Origin: Candidatus Oxydemutatoraceae bacterium
GTDB taxonomy: Bacteria > Pseudomonadota > Gammaproteobacteria > Poriferisulfidales > Oxydemutatoraceae
Assembly: GCA_965218975.1 (NCBI GenBank)
Contig: OZ244717.1
Location: 234,205-298,204 of the forward strand
Length of the DNA stretch: 64,000 nt
Reading direction: 5' to 3'
Both the position numbers and the translations under genes were made by a program. Below are positions 28,746-38,901 of the stretch, piece after piece. The number at the start of each line of letters is the position of its first letter. Within the stretch, counting starts at the first letter, position 1. The notes under the pieces are model-generated. The model was not told where the DNA came from and ran no database searches. It saw only the letters and a list, made by a program, of their open reading frames with translations.

Positions 28746-29528
28746 ATGTGCAGATTAGTCGCTTACTGCGGGAATTCAATCGCTCTAAGAGGATTGCTAT
28801 TTGACCCGAATCATAGCCTGTATAAACAATCTTGGCAACCAAAGGAGATGAATTACGCGAAGCTGAATGCCGACGGTTTTGGCTTTGGTTGGTACAACTT
28901 AAACGGCAAGGCAGTAACTTACCGTAACCCAGCGCCTATTTGGACCGACATCAATCTCGAAACATTAAGCGATGTGCTACATGCACCGTTGTGGTTGGCA
29001 ATGGTACGTAGTGCGACTGCCGAATACGGCACTTCACCGCATAATCTGCAACCGTTTACGTACCGGAATTATTTATTTATGCATAATGGCTTTATTCGGG
29101 ATTTCAATCAGGGCATTTTGCAAAAATTGATCGCGATATTGCCGACGAATATTATCGACAATATCCGCGGGCTGACCGATTCGGAGTATTTATTCGGATT
29201 GATTTGCTATTATCTAAACAAAGCAAACGATGATTTGCAAGCAGCGCTGACACAAACGATCGAATGGTGCAAACAGCATCTCTCCGACCACAAAGCCATG
29301 TTAAACATTATACTCAGCGATGGCATCGAGATTGTCGCGGTACGGCTTGCCATCAACGAAACGCCACCGACACTATACCTCGCGTGTAATGATCAAACTC
29401 ATCTTCCCGAAGGTGCAAAAATCATTGCATCGGAGCCATTTTCAGAAACCCAAAATTGGCAAGAAATTCTGCCGGGGGAAATGATTATCTGCCATCAACA
29501 TCAGCGGCCGCGTGTTATCGGATTATGA
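28746..29528 (+). CDS. egtC: Class II glutamine amidotransferase EgtC (gamma-glutamyl-hercynylcysteine sulfoxide hydrolase).
   Basis: N-terminal nucleophile MCRLVAY.. (Cys2). NADGFGFGWY. Overall Ntn-hydrolase pattern matching EgtC. Confidence 0.75.
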   Translation: MCRLVAYCGNSIALRGLLFDPNHSLYKQSWQPKEMNYAKLNADGFGFGWYNLNGKAVTYRNPAPIWTDINLETLSDVLHAPLWLAMVRSATAEYGTSPHNLQPFTYRNYLFMHNGFIRDFNQGILQKLIAILPTNIIDNIRGLTDSEYLFGLICYYLNKANDDLQAALTQTIEWCKQHLSDHKAMLNIILSDGIEIVAVRLAINETPPTLYLACNDQTHLPEGAKIIASEPFSETQNWQEILPGEMIICHQHQRPRVIGL

Positions 29529-30706
29529 ATCTTGCCACGTCAAACGTCATGCGCAGGAAACACCCGATTGAGCATCTGGCATCATTACAATCCCGACTGA
29601 TTGCAATAACCGGTCGGTTCAACGACCGCGACTACCGCCGACAGTTCTATTCCGACACGAGTCCCGCCGGATGGCATTTGGGACATACCGTTTTTGTGGA
29701 AAATTTCTGGATTCATGAAACCATACTCGGCAAGCCGAGTTCACCTGCTACCCGACAACTATACTTGCCGGAAAACAGCCCTCGCAGTTGCCGCGGCGAG
29801 CAATTACCAAGTAAGAAGGAACTTCTGGACAGCAACGCAAAGCGACAACAAGAAAACCTGATTTTACTACAGGGTCCGCCGCGCGAACTGAGAGACCATA
29901 CGTTAATGAAAAACAACTATCTTGTTTTATTTTTAGCGCAGCATCATGCCATGCACCTGGAAACTCTGTATATGATTATGACCGAGCGCAATTTACGAAA
30001 TAATTATCGCGATTATCGCCCGACACAAAAGTTAAGCGCGCGAAAAATTGTCAGAGCAAGCGACAGCTTCACCGGCGGACAGTATCGGGTCGGAATGCAA
30101 AAACCTGAATGCTTTGATAATGAAATGCCGCCGTTTGAATGTAATTTGCCGGATTTCTCCATCCAAAAAACTCCCGTCAGCAATGCCGAATTTCTAGGGT
30201 TTATTCACGCCGGCGGATACTACAATTCTCATTATTGGAGCACCACCGGTTGGCAATGGCGAATTCAAACGAAAGTGTGCGCACCGCATCATTGGCGCGC
30301 TAACGATGCCGGTGATTGGTTCGGCATTAACGATACCGGACCTTATACTCTGTTACCCGATGCACCGGTATACGGTATCAGTTATTATGAAGCCGAAGCT
30401 TTTGCCGAATGGGCAAAAGCGCGCTTGCCGCATGAGCATGAGATTGAAGTCGCGCAACGATCCGGCAATATGCCTGTAACTACCACTGTATGGGAATGGT
30501 GCCGTAACACTTTTCATCCATACGCCGGGTTTAAACCGTTCCCTTATGAACGCTACTCAACACCCTGGTTTGATCACCGTCATTTCGTGCTTAAAGGCGG
30601 CAGCCACCACACCGATAAGATACTCAAACGTCCTTCTATCAGAAACTTTTATACGGCGGAAAAACGGCATATTTTCTCGGGATTACGGCTTGCTTTTGAC
30701 AAATGA
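29525..30706 (+). CDS. egtB: Hercynine oxygenase / sulfoxide synthase EgtB (DinB_2 plus FGE-sulfatase domains).
   Basis: DinB-like metal-binding N-terminal half (HLGHTVFVENFW, HHAMHLETL). C-terminal FGE-like half (NAEFLGFIHAGGYYNSHYW, YYEAEAFAEWAKARLPHEHEIEVA, LKGGS). The ATG at 29525 overlaps the egtC stop (ATGA). Confidence 0.75.
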   Translation: MNLATSNVMRRKHPIEHLASLQSRLIAITGRFNDRDYRRQFYSDTSPAGWHLGHTVFVENFWIHETILGKPSSPATRQLYLPENSPRSCRGEQLPSKKELLDSNAKRQQENLILLQGPPRELRDHTLMKNNYLVLFLAQHHAMHLETLYMIMTERNLRNNYRDYRPTQKLSARKIVRASDSFTGGQYRVGMQKPECFDNEMPPFECNLPDFSIQKTPVSNAEFLGFIHAGGYYNSHYWSTTGWQWRIQTKVCAPHHWRANDAGDWFGINDTGPYTLLPDAPVYGISYYEAEAFAEWAKARLPHEHEIEVAQRSGNMPVTTTVWEWCRNTFHPYAGFKPFPYERYSTPWFDHRHFVLKGGSHHTDKILKRPSIRNFYTAEKRHIFSGLRLAFDK

Positions 30707-30801
30707 CGGGAAAATAGCATATAAAAGGGAACCAAATAAAAGCACATACCGTGTAAAAGCTCTATTACTAAACAGATAAACGAACTGATCCGGAAAATAT
30801 T

Positions 30802-32190
30802 ATGGAGCAATCGCTGAACGATTTATTCAATCTGCTTGAGCGCGCTTTGATCGAAACCAACGAAATCGCTTGGGGACCGGTGATGCCGATCACGTTGCTT
30901 GCTGTCGGCACATACTTAACATTCGGCTTGCAGTTTATGCCCTGGCGCTATATCGGTGTTGGTTTCAAACAAGCTTTCTTGGGACACAAAGCGACCACCG
31001 AGAAAGGACAGATTACGCCGCTGCGTTCACTAGCTACGGCGTTATCGGCAACTATCGGCAGCGGCAATATTGCCGGAGTGACGGTTGCCATATTAATCGG
31101 AGGCCCCGGCGCTATTTTTTGGATGTGGGTGACCGCACTGCTTGGCATGGCAACCAAATATGCCGAAGCAGTCCTTGCAGTACATTACCGCGAAATCGAT
31201 ACCCAAAATAATTATATCGGGGGCCCAATGTATTACATTAAAAACGGACTCTCTGAAAAGTGGCATATTCTTGCTTTTCTGTTCGCTTTATTCGGAACGG
31301 TCGCGGGATTTGGTATTGGAAACATGACGCAGAGCAACTCGGTAACCGACTCGGTGCAATTTATCTTGCAACCCGCCGTGCAAATACCTGACTGGAGTAT
31401 CGGCGTATTCATGGCCGCTATTGTCGGCTTTGTTATCATCGGCGGCATCAAACGTATCGCTAGATTTGCGGCAAAGCTGGTTCCCTTGATGGCATTGATT
31501 TATCTTTCTATCGGAATTATCTATATTCTGATGAATCTTGCCGAAGTGCCGTCTGCGTTTACGTTAATTATTGACAGCGCATTTAACGGCATCGCCGCAA
31601 CCGGAGGATTTGCCGGTGCGACGGTTTGGGCGGCAATCCGCTTCGGTGTCGCACGCGGCATTTTTTCAAATGAAGCGGGATTGGGTTCGGCACCCATCGC
31701 CCATGCCGCAGCAAAAACGGATAGCCCGGTGCGGCAAGGCAGCATTGCCATGCTCGGCACTTTTATTGACACCATCATTATCTGCACAATCACCGCGCTG
31801 GTTATTCTGTTAAGCGGCGCATGGACGATGGGCAATGTCCTTGAAGGTGTCGCCATTGCCAATAAGGCATTTGAAACTATTTTCACCGGAGGGAGCTATG
31901 TTGTAACCGTTTCGTTGATTTTGTTTTCTTTTACCACAATTCTCGGTTGGAGCTATTATAGCGAACGCTGTTTTTGTTATTTGTTTAATGTGAAATATGT
32001 CGTCATATTTCGCGTCTTTTGGGTATTAGCAGTTGTTGTGGGGGCATCAATCCAGCTGAACTTCGTATGGCTGCTATCAGATACGATGAATGCACTGATG
32101 GCATTACCAAATCTGGTTGCATTACTGTTATTAAGTCCGATAGTCTTTAAGCTGACACGGCGCGACCTCCCTCTCCTGCGCACAAGCTGA
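30802..32190 (+). CDS. Alanine/glycine:cation symporter (AGCS family).
   Basis: AGCS blocks: MPWRYIGVGFKQAF, ITPLRSLATALSATIGSGNIAGV, GPGAIFWMWVTALLGMATKYAE, GLGSAPIAHAAAKT. About 11 transmembrane helices. Confidence 0.85.
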   Translation: MEQSLNDLFNLLERALIETNEIAWGPVMPITLLAVGTYLTFGLQFMPWRYIGVGFKQAFLGHKATTEKGQITPLRSLATALSATIGSGNIAGVTVAILIGGPGAIFWMWVTALLGMATKYAEAVLAVHYREIDTQNNYIGGPMYYIKNGLSEKWHILAFLFALFGTVAGFGIGNMTQSNSVTDSVQFILQPAVQIPDWSIGVFMAAIVGFVIIGGIKRIARFAAKLVPLMALIYLSIGIIYILMNLAEVPSAFTLIIDSAFNGIAATGGFAGATVWAAIRFGVARGIFSNEAGLGSAPIAHAAAKTDSPVRQGSIAMLGTFIDTIIICTITALVILLSGAWTMGNVLEGVAIANKAFETIFTGGSYVVTVSLILFSFTTILGWSYYSERCFCYLFNVKYVVIFRVFWVLAVVVGASIQLNFVWLLSDTMNALMALPNLVALLLLSPIVFKLTRRDLPLLRTS

Positions 32191-33056
32191 TGCAACTTGA
32201 ATGTGGCGCGCCCTCTGCCGCACTTCTCACATCCGTCATCAGACAAGTACGCCAAGCTCTGGAAGAAGACGGATACGATCATGATCTTTCAACGCTGGCT
32301 TTATCGGATCAAACTGCTCATGCTTCGGTCATTGTCTACGACCAAGGAATATTGTGCGGGACTATATGGTTTGATGAAGTCTTTGCCGAAATTGACGATA
32401 CTGTCGTCGTCGATTGGTTCGCAGTTGACGGAGATACTATCGTCGCAAAACAAAAACTGTGTACCCTAACCGGCCGGGCACAAAGCTTATTATGCGGAGA
32501 ACGTTGTGCATTAAATTTTTTGCAGAGCCTATCGGCAACCGCCACTGCTGCCGCAGCGTTTGTCAACCAAGTTAAAAAAGCAGCGCTAACGCCCAAACAA
32601 GTCGCCGTAACCGACACTCGAAAAACCCTGCCCGGATTGAGGTTGGCACAAAAATATGCGGTGGTGTGCGGAGGCGCAACAAACCATCGTCAAGGACTAT
32701 CAGACGCCATTTTATTAAAAGAAAATCATCTACGTGCTTATGGTTCGTTAATGGTCGCGGTACGAGCAATTCGTCGGCAATACCCCAATCTTTCGATTGA
32801 AGTAGAAGCGGAGAATTTAGACGAAGTCCGAGCAGCACTGGCAGCAAAAGTCGAGATAATTATGTTAGACAACTTCTCTTTGACAGAAATTCATGATGCG
32901 GTTGCGCTAATTAGCGGAAGAGCGGAAATTGAAGCTTCAGGTAACATCACGCTAGATAATATTGCCGCGATTGCACAAACCGGAGTCGACCGTATATCGG
33001 TCGGTGCAATTACCAAGCATATTCATGCGTTAGATATGTCAATGCGCCTTGATTGA
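32190..33056 (+). CDS. nadC: Nicotinate-nucleotide pyrophosphorylase (quinolinate phosphoribosyltransferase).
   Basis: Blocks CGERCALNFLQSLSATATA, DTRKTLPGLRLAQKYAVVCGGATNHR, LLKENH, IMLDNFS. The ATG overlaps the upstream stop (TGATG). Confidence 0.85.
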   Translation: MQLECGAPSAALLTSVIRQVRQALEEDGYDHDLSTLALSDQTAHASVIVYDQGILCGTIWFDEVFAEIDDTVVVDWFAVDGDTIVAKQKLCTLTGRAQSLLCGERCALNFLQSLSATATAAAAFVNQVKKAALTPKQVAVTDTRKTLPGLRLAQKYAVVCGGATNHRQGLSDAILLKENHLRAYGSLMVAVRAIRRQYPNLSIEVEAENLDEVRAALAAKVEIIMLDNFSLTEIHDAVALISGRAEIEASGNITLDNIAAIAQTGVDRISVGAITKHIHALDMSMRLD

Positions 33057-33131
33057 CAGGCTGCGAACGGCGTCTGCATAAAACTTATACCATTCATCAT
33101 ATACTTGAAGTAAGCGAAATCGAAAAAATCT

Positions 33132-34793
33132 CTATTTATATAATGGTTCCAACGGAGAAGAATAGGAAGTCTCCTTGGGCAATTTCGTTCCCGTCGCTTC
33201 CGCCGGTTCATACAACACCGCTTGCCACAAAGAATCGGGGTCCAACCGACCATGCCCGTAAGCCGCTTGATCAAATGCCTGAATGCGCTTTTTAAGACCC
33301 GGAGTGCATCGCTGCATAATATCATCTAAGCTCCGCGGCGGGTAATCCCGCCACATAACACGCGCCCACTTGAGCAAAGCATCACGTACGGCGCAAGTGT
33401 CTCGCGCCATGCAAGCGGCCTCAACATCCTTGCGAACTTTCTTCAATTCGACGGCATGTGACTGTCCCGCGCTACGCCGCTGTATATACTCAAGAAACCG
33501 CTCACGAGTAATCCAGATTAATGTTACAAGCCAGCCAAAACCCAATATACCGCTTATCCAAATCCAAATATAGTCGATAGCATCCACTTTAACGCTATCC
33601 TGATTCATCTCTTGCGGAAATACCGAAGGTGGTGTCTCCATCGTCAATTGGCCCACAGCCGCAGGTTGAATTTGCACATTTTGCTCGGCTAATATCGCGT
33701 ATTCCAGCTGATCCGTGCGTGTATTCCACCAAGGAATTTTGATTTCAGGGAACACATGTTCTCCGCTTTGTGTCGGAATAAGAACAAACTTTTGAGCCCT
33801 TTCGCCACGTAAACCGGAGCCATCAGGGATGGTCTGTAACACGGGCTTGGCATCGGTGTAAACGTTAAAGCCCTCCGGTTGCGGTATTTCCACCGCCGGT
33901 AGCTGGCTCGCCAACAGACTTTTACCGATTAGCTTAATTGTCCATGTCAACGGATCACCTTGCACCCATTGCGACAAATCGTCCGACCATTTCTGCTGCA
34001 ACCGTACTCCGTTCGCCGGTAGCCAAAAGCTGCCGGTAAAATCCAACGGAACCGGACGCACGTTCAACTGTAGCGTTTTCGATCGCTTAGTTACTGAAAA
34101 TCTTCTGCCCTTCTCAGTGTATTGCCCGGTCAGCACTATCGGATTAATTCTAACCGCTCCGCTCGCTTGCGGATATAGCATGTAGATGCGTTCATGGACC
34201 CGATAATTTCTACCCTTCCGATTGATCCGATAATTCTTCTCAGGCAAAGGTTCCGATGTAACATTCCCTTTGAACGAAGGCTGGGTTAAATTTCCTCTTA
34301 AATTCTTTGTCATAAATACCTTAAAAACAAACCGCACTTGCTGTTGCACATAAGGGTTGCGCGGACCAGCGGATACCTCGATGTAAATATCCTCCTTGCC
34401 TCGCTTTTTTGCCGAAGAGATTGATCGGACACGTATTTTCCGCGGTTTGCTCGCCTGTCGACCGAACAATAGTGACGGTAACATTAAATGACCGCTACGC
34501 CTCGGCATCAATTCAAGATTCCAAGCCGTGACCGATTGCTGCTGCCCGTTGATACTTTGAAAAGAGTACGATTTGCTTTTTTTTAATATTTTAAAATCCT
34601 GCCGCAAAGGCGTCCAATCCGGCTCAGCGGCATTTGTTGCGCTAAAAACCTTAAAAGTAACAAGAAATCTTTCATTTTCCGCAATATTATTTTTTTTTAA
34701 CTCAACATGAACCTCCGGTACGGCAACTATGGGAGTCGCCGCAAGCGCCATCGCGAGCAACAACAAACACTGAAATAGAAATCGTTTTACCAT
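33132..34793 (-). CDS. batD: BatD-family protein (aerotolerance operon) with a signal peptide and a C-terminal transmembrane segment.
   Basis: Signal peptide MVKRFLFQCLLLLAMALAATPIVA. Size and position after the vWA/TPR BatB-like gene. Single C-terminal transmembrane segment ISGILGFGWLVTLIWI. Confidence 0.6.
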   Translation of the reverse strand: MVKRFLFQCLLLLAMALAATPIVAVPEVHVELKKNNIAENERFLVTFKVFSATNAAEPDWTPLRQDFKILKKSKSYSFQSINGQQQSVTAWNLELMPRRSGHLMLPSLLFGRQASKPRKIRVRSISSAKKRGKEDIYIEVSAGPRNPYVQQQVRFVFKVFMTKNLRGNLTQPSFKGNVTSEPLPEKNYRINRKGRNYRVHERIYMLYPQASGAVRINPIVLTGQYTEKGRRFSVTKRSKTLQLNVRPVPLDFTGSFWLPANGVRLQQKWSDDLSQWVQGDPLTWTIKLIGKSLLASQLPAVEIPQPEGFNVYTDAKPVLQTIPDGSGLRGERAQKFVLIPTQSGEHVFPEIKIPWWNTRTDQLEYAILAEQNVQIQPAAVGQLTMETPPSVFPQEMNQDSVKVDAIDYIWIWISGILGFGWLVTLIWITRERFLEYIQRRSAGQSHAVELKKVRKDVEAACMARDTCAVRDALLKWARVMWRDYPPRSLDDIMQRCTPGLKKRIQAFDQAAYGHGRLDPDSLWQAVLYEPAEATGTKLPKETSYSSPLEPLYK

Positions 34794-36487
34794 GGCATAT
34801 CGCTATTGTTTTTCCGCTTGCCGCTTTTACGTTGCAATTGACGAAACTTACGCTTTAGCAAGGCATGCGGGTCATCTTGTACTCGTTGCAATGCCTGCTC
34901 AAGCGCTTGCGTCTGCTCATCCATTGTTTCTTCTGCGGAAGGAGGCGACATATCAGACTCTGGGTCCGACTCGTCCGATGTCGCATTACTACTCTCCTTA
35001 TTGTTATCCTTTTCGTCATTGCTATTCTCGTCATCGCTTTGATCCTGCGGAATCGACTTCCCATTCTCCGGCTGTTCGCTTGTCTGACTTTGCTCACCTT
35101 GCTCCTGCCTCTGCATATTTTGCTCTTGCAAAATCTGTTTTATTATCTGCTGATTATGAATAGCATCTTCCATTTTAGAGTTTAGTTCCAGCGCTTTGTT
35201 ATACGCTTTGAGTGCGGCTTGAAAATCTCCGGCATTAGCAAGCGCATTCCCTTTATTGTAGAAATCATCCACTTCTTGTAACGATTCTAATGTTTGCGCC
35301 GCAGCGGCATAATCACGATTACGATATTGCGCGACAGACTTCCACCGAGGGTCCTCAAACTCTTGCACGGCAGCACTTGCATCGTCTTCATTCAGCGATT
35401 GTAATCCGCGTTGATCGGGTTTTAACCATAGATCTCTCCATTCAAATGCTTCGCTAGGAAACGGGAACAATAAAATCAACATCGCAATGACCAACACTCC
35501 TCGACGAAAACTCAGCAATGCAATCGGCAATAATAATAAAACTAACCAAGGCCCTTGTTCGCGCCAAACATCGGTCAGACGATTAGTTTCGCTTACATCG
35601 GTATGGGTCGGCAAGATTAATTCCGACCATGCGAGCAATGTGTCAATGTCATCGTTTTGCAGACCGCTCAACCTACGATAAATACCCCGGCCTGCTGCCG
35701 CAAGACGTTGCAGTTCCTCTTCCTTTAATCGAGAAACAACTGTTTTACCTTGATCTTTTAGGATGTCGCCGGACGGTAAAAATATAGGCGACCCTTGCAA
35801 TGTCCCTACACCTAGTACCGTAACTTGAAAGTTCTCGCGCGCTAAACGTTGCGCCTCGGCGATCGCCGATTCGTCGGCAAAGTCGGTCACTAATAAAATC
35901 CGCCCATGCGTCAAACCCGTTCGTTTAATCAATTTACTTGCTTCCTGCAAAGCAATATCCGGGCGGCTTCCTTGGCTCGGCATCAAGCTCGTATCCACCG
36001 CTTGCAAAAATGTTTTGACTGACGAAATGTCATGCGTGAGCGGCACAACTGGAAATGCTCGATTACTATATACAAGCAACGCCACTTGGCCGCCCTGTCG
36101 TCGGGTTAAAAAGTCATCGATCTTAAACCGAGCACGCACAATCCGCGACGGTTCAACATCAACCGCGGACATTGACCGAGACAAATCCAGCGCAATGACC
36201 AAACCGGTTTCATCGCGCAGAACCGGCTGTGGCAAACGCTCCCATGCAGGTCCTGCCAGCGCAATGATGGTAACGACTCCGGCAATTCCGATACAATACA
36301 AGAAACCTCTATTCTCAGCCAACGATCCCTGTAATAAGACAAACGGCAACAAATGCACGTCACAGGCTTTACGCCAAGCATCCGCTGTCAAACGTTTATT
36401 TATCAGGTACCACATCAGCAAACCAAATGGTATCAGTGCAAAAAACCACAGCGGACGGACAAAGTTTAACTGAGACAAAATATTCAT
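34787..36487 (-). CDS. batB: vWA-domain plus TPR protein (BatB/BatC-like) with an acidic, low-complexity C-terminal tail.
   Basis: N-terminal transmembrane helices. vWA MIDAS motif DLSRSM...LLVYS...VTD. TPR block YNKGNALANAGDFQAALKAYNKALELN. An E/D/Q/S-rich tail. Confidence 0.65.
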   Translation of the reverse strand: MNILSQLNFVRPLWFFALIPFGLLMWYLINKRLTADAWRKACDVHLLPFVLLQGSLAENRGFLYCIGIAGVVTIIALAGPAWERLPQPVLRDETGLVIALDLSRSMSAVDVEPSRIVRARFKIDDFLTRRQGGQVALLVYSNRAFPVVPLTHDISSVKTFLQAVDTSLMPSQGSRPDIALQEASKLIKRTGLTHGRILLVTDFADESAIAEAQRLARENFQVTVLGVGTLQGSPIFLPSGDILKDQGKTVVSRLKEEELQRLAAAGRGIYRRLSGLQNDDIDTLLAWSELILPTHTDVSETNRLTDVWREQGPWLVLLLLPIALLSFRRGVLVIAMLILLFPFPSEAFEWRDLWLKPDQRGLQSLNEDDASAAVQEFEDPRWKSVAQYRNRDYAAAAQTLESLQEVDDFYNKGNALANAGDFQAALKAYNKALELNSKMEDAIHNQQIIKQILQEQNMQRQEQGEQSQTSEQPENGKSIPQDQSDDENSNDEKDNNKESSNATSDESDPESDMSPPSAEETMDEQTQALEQALQRVQDDPHALLKRKFRQLQRKSGKRKNNSDMPW

Positions 36488-37461
36488 TGTCGCCCCCGGC
36501 CTATTACTCGAATCAATAAAATCATCACCGCAATCAATGCCGACGCAAATAAGGGATAGTAGTACAGCGCCATTTGCGTTCGGAAAAACTCGGCATCGCG
36601 CTCAATCGGCTCCAATTGATCCAAAAGAGCGTATATTTTCCTTAATTCGGTTGTGTTCCTTGCTCGAAAATAACGTCCGCCGGTTTTATTTGCAATCATT
36701 TTAAGCGTTTTCTCATCCAAGGCATTATTCTGACGAACAAAAAAGCCTCTCTGCATTACATCAGAACCTACTCCAATCGTATAAATTTTCAAACCTTCTT
36801 CAGCAGCAAACTCTGCCGCTTCTTGCGGCGATATCCCGGCATTGCTTGCACCGTCCGTAAGCAAAATCAATACTCGGTTCGTTCTATCATGCTTTTGCAA
36901 CTGCTTTAAGCTCAAGAGAACCGCATCGCCGATAGCAGTCTTTGTTTCTTCAGCAAGCCCGATAAAAGTTTCTTCCAGCATTTCCTGTACCGCATGTAAA
37001 TCAAAACTAAGCGGCATCATTGAGTAAGGATGAAGAGCAAATACCGTTAAACCGATACGATCGCCTTGACGTTGCTCGATAAACTCTTTTGCGACCTCTT
37101 TAGCTGCTTCCAATCGTGTAACACGCCTACCGTTTAGTATAAAATCATCCTCTTCCATGCTACCGGATAAATCCAATGCCAGCATTAAATCGCGCCCGCT
37201 TATCGGCACTTGTCTTATTTCTCCGGTCCACTGCGGCCTTGCCGCCGCGGTAATCAGCAAAGCCCAACTTAGCAGCGCTAAAATCAGTAAAAGTTTTTTT
37301 GAAAAAATTCCGGCATGAGAGCGATGGGGGAGTTGGAAATCTCCGAGAAAAGGCAGACGCAACGCCGCCTGTTTCATCGGTTCGATCGGTTTGACGAATC
37401 GTCGCACTAAAAATGGCAACGGCAATAGCAAAAAAACCCAAATCCATTCAAATTCAAGCAT
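36484..37461 (-). CDS. batA: vWA-domain membrane protein BatA.
   Basis: Two N-terminal transmembrane helices. vWA MIDAS motif DLSGSM...ILLTDGASN. C-terminal transmembrane helix. Confidence 0.7.
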   Translation of the reverse strand: MLEFEWIWVFLLLPLPFLVRRFVKPIEPMKQAALRLPFLGDFQLPHRSHAGIFSKKLLLILALLSWALLITAAARPQWTGEIRQVPISGRDLMLALDLSGSMEEDDFILNGRRVTRLEAAKEVAKEFIEQRQGDRIGLTVFALHPYSMMPLSFDLHAVQEMLEETFIGLAEETKTAIGDAVLLSLKQLQKHDRTNRVLILLTDGASNAGISPQEAAEFAAEEGLKIYTIGVGSDVMQRGFFVRQNNALDEKTLKMIANKTGGRYFRARNTTELRKIYALLDQLEPIERDAEFFRTQMALYYYPLFASALIAVMILLIRVIGRGRQ

Positions 37462-37463
37462 TA

Positions 37464-37970
37464 CTATCTTTTATCTTTTTCAAAAACGATCTTCAACCAT
37501 TCTTCGCAAATTTGCAGAACGGCGTCCGCCTCGAATGCTGCATTTACTTGATAGTGCGCAGAAGCAAATACGCGACCTTTATCCGACATAAACAATACTT
37601 TACCCGCATGTTGATCCAGCCAATTCAACCATACATCACCGGTTAACTTTGCGACCTCCTCTCGTGTGCTAAGCGTCATTGCTGCTTGACGAATTAATGC
37701 TGATAATCCTGCCAGTAAACGAATCGTATCGGCATTATCGGCATAATTCGAACGCAAATGATCAAGCTGAATCCGTACTTGCTGGTAAGGAGCAATCGCA
37801 GGTCGGCGGCGCTTACGCCGACGTACGTATTGCCACAAAACGACTATCCCGAACAGCAACCCGATAAGCACCCACCAACCGGCTGCGGGCGGCCACCACG
37901 AAGGTTCCGGCGGCAAATGAAGATCGCGTAGCTGCTCCAACAAGTCGTGCGGGCCCGATACCATCAACAT
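37464..37970 (-). CDS. DUF4381-like small membrane protein of the moxR/bat operon.
   Basis: 168 aa. One transmembrane segment WWVLIGLLFGIVVLWQYV followed by an RRRKRRRP basic stretch. Position between the DUF58 gene and batA. Confidence 0.5.
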   Translation of the reverse strand: MLMVSGPHDLLEQLRDLHLPPEPSWWPPAAGWWVLIGLLFGIVVLWQYVRRRKRRRPAIAPYQQVRIQLDHLRSNYADNADTIRLLAGLSALIRQAAMTLSTREEVAKLTGDVWLNWLDQHAGKVLFMSDKGRVFASAHYQVNAAFEADAVLQICEEWLKIVFEKDKR

Positions 37971-38896
37971 GCACCAAAATTTCTACGTAAAATTTCAAAT
38001 GGCTCTTCGGTAGTCCGGCATTGAATAAAACCGATTCGCAATTTCCGCGCAAAAGACTTTAGATGCATTGCTCTTTTCCTAAATTGAGCGGTATATTTAC
38101 GCACAAAGTCGACATCGGTAGTGTTAATACAGATGCTATGTTCACCGTCGCTGATACTATACTCACCGGGCGGCGGGACTGTTTCTTCCAACGGATCATA
38201 TACTTGAATAAAAACAACTTCACTATGAGCGCTTAATCCACGAATCTGATTTTCAATTGTTTTTATCTCACGAAAATCGCTGATCAAAAAAATCAAACTG
38301 CCGGGACGCACAATATGTGCCAAACGCATCAATGCTTCGCTTCCGTCATTGCTGCGATCGGGATACGCTTTTGTCAACCCACTGTTTGTAAAATCAGCAA
38401 GTTGATGAATCAGCCGTAAAATTCCTTGTTTACCGCGCTGGGGTTTTATTTCGGTGTGTGTATCGTCACTGAATAAAATCCCACCGACACGATCTCCCTC
38501 ATGCACCGCGCTCCATGCAAGCAATGCAGCGATATTTGCCGCTTCAACCGATTTGAAACACCGCCGCGTAGCGAAAAACATCGGAGCACGATAGTCTACA
38601 CAAAAATATACCGGTCGTTCGCGCTCTTCACAGAACAGTTTTGTGTATGCTTCTCCGGTACGTGCCATAACCCGCCAATCGAGATGACGAACATCATCGC
38701 CAGGATAATACAAACGTGACTCGTCATATTCCATCCCCCGCCCCTTGAAGACCGAACGGTAGGCATCGGTTTTGCCGGCACGAATCCGATTGCGCCGCAA
38801 AGACAAGTTTCTTGCCGGATGCGCCAATGCGATTAGATTCTCTTGGCGAACTTGCACCGCGTCATTTGCAATTGGCTCCGGAAAAGTTTGACTCAT
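37964..38896 (-). CDS. DUF58-family protein (vWA-like, MoxR partner).
   Basis: 310 aa. Block YYPGDDVRHLDWRVMARTGE...KxFxEE is typical of DUF58. Immediately downstream of moxR. Confidence 0.7.
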   Translation of the reverse strand: MSQTFPEPIANDAVQVRQENLIALAHPARNLSLRRNRIRAGKTDAYRSVFKGRGMEYDESRLYYPGDDVRHLDWRVMARTGEAYTKLFCEERERPVYFCVDYRAPMFFATRRCFKSVEAANIAALLAWSAVHEGDRVGGILFSDDTHTEIKPQRGKQGILRLIHQLADFTNSGLTKAYPDRSNDGSEALMRLAHIVRPGSLIFLISDFREIKTIENQIRGLSAHSEVVFIQVYDPLEETVPPPGEYSISDGEHSICINTTDVDFVRKYTAQFRKRAMHLKSFARKLRIGFIQCRTTEEPFEILRRNFGAC

Positions 38897-38901
38897 CTCA
38901 C

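Noticed and set aside
30546-30779. 77-aa ORF overlapping the egtB 3' end.
   Set aside because: It is out of frame inside egtB and extends into the intergenic region. No support.
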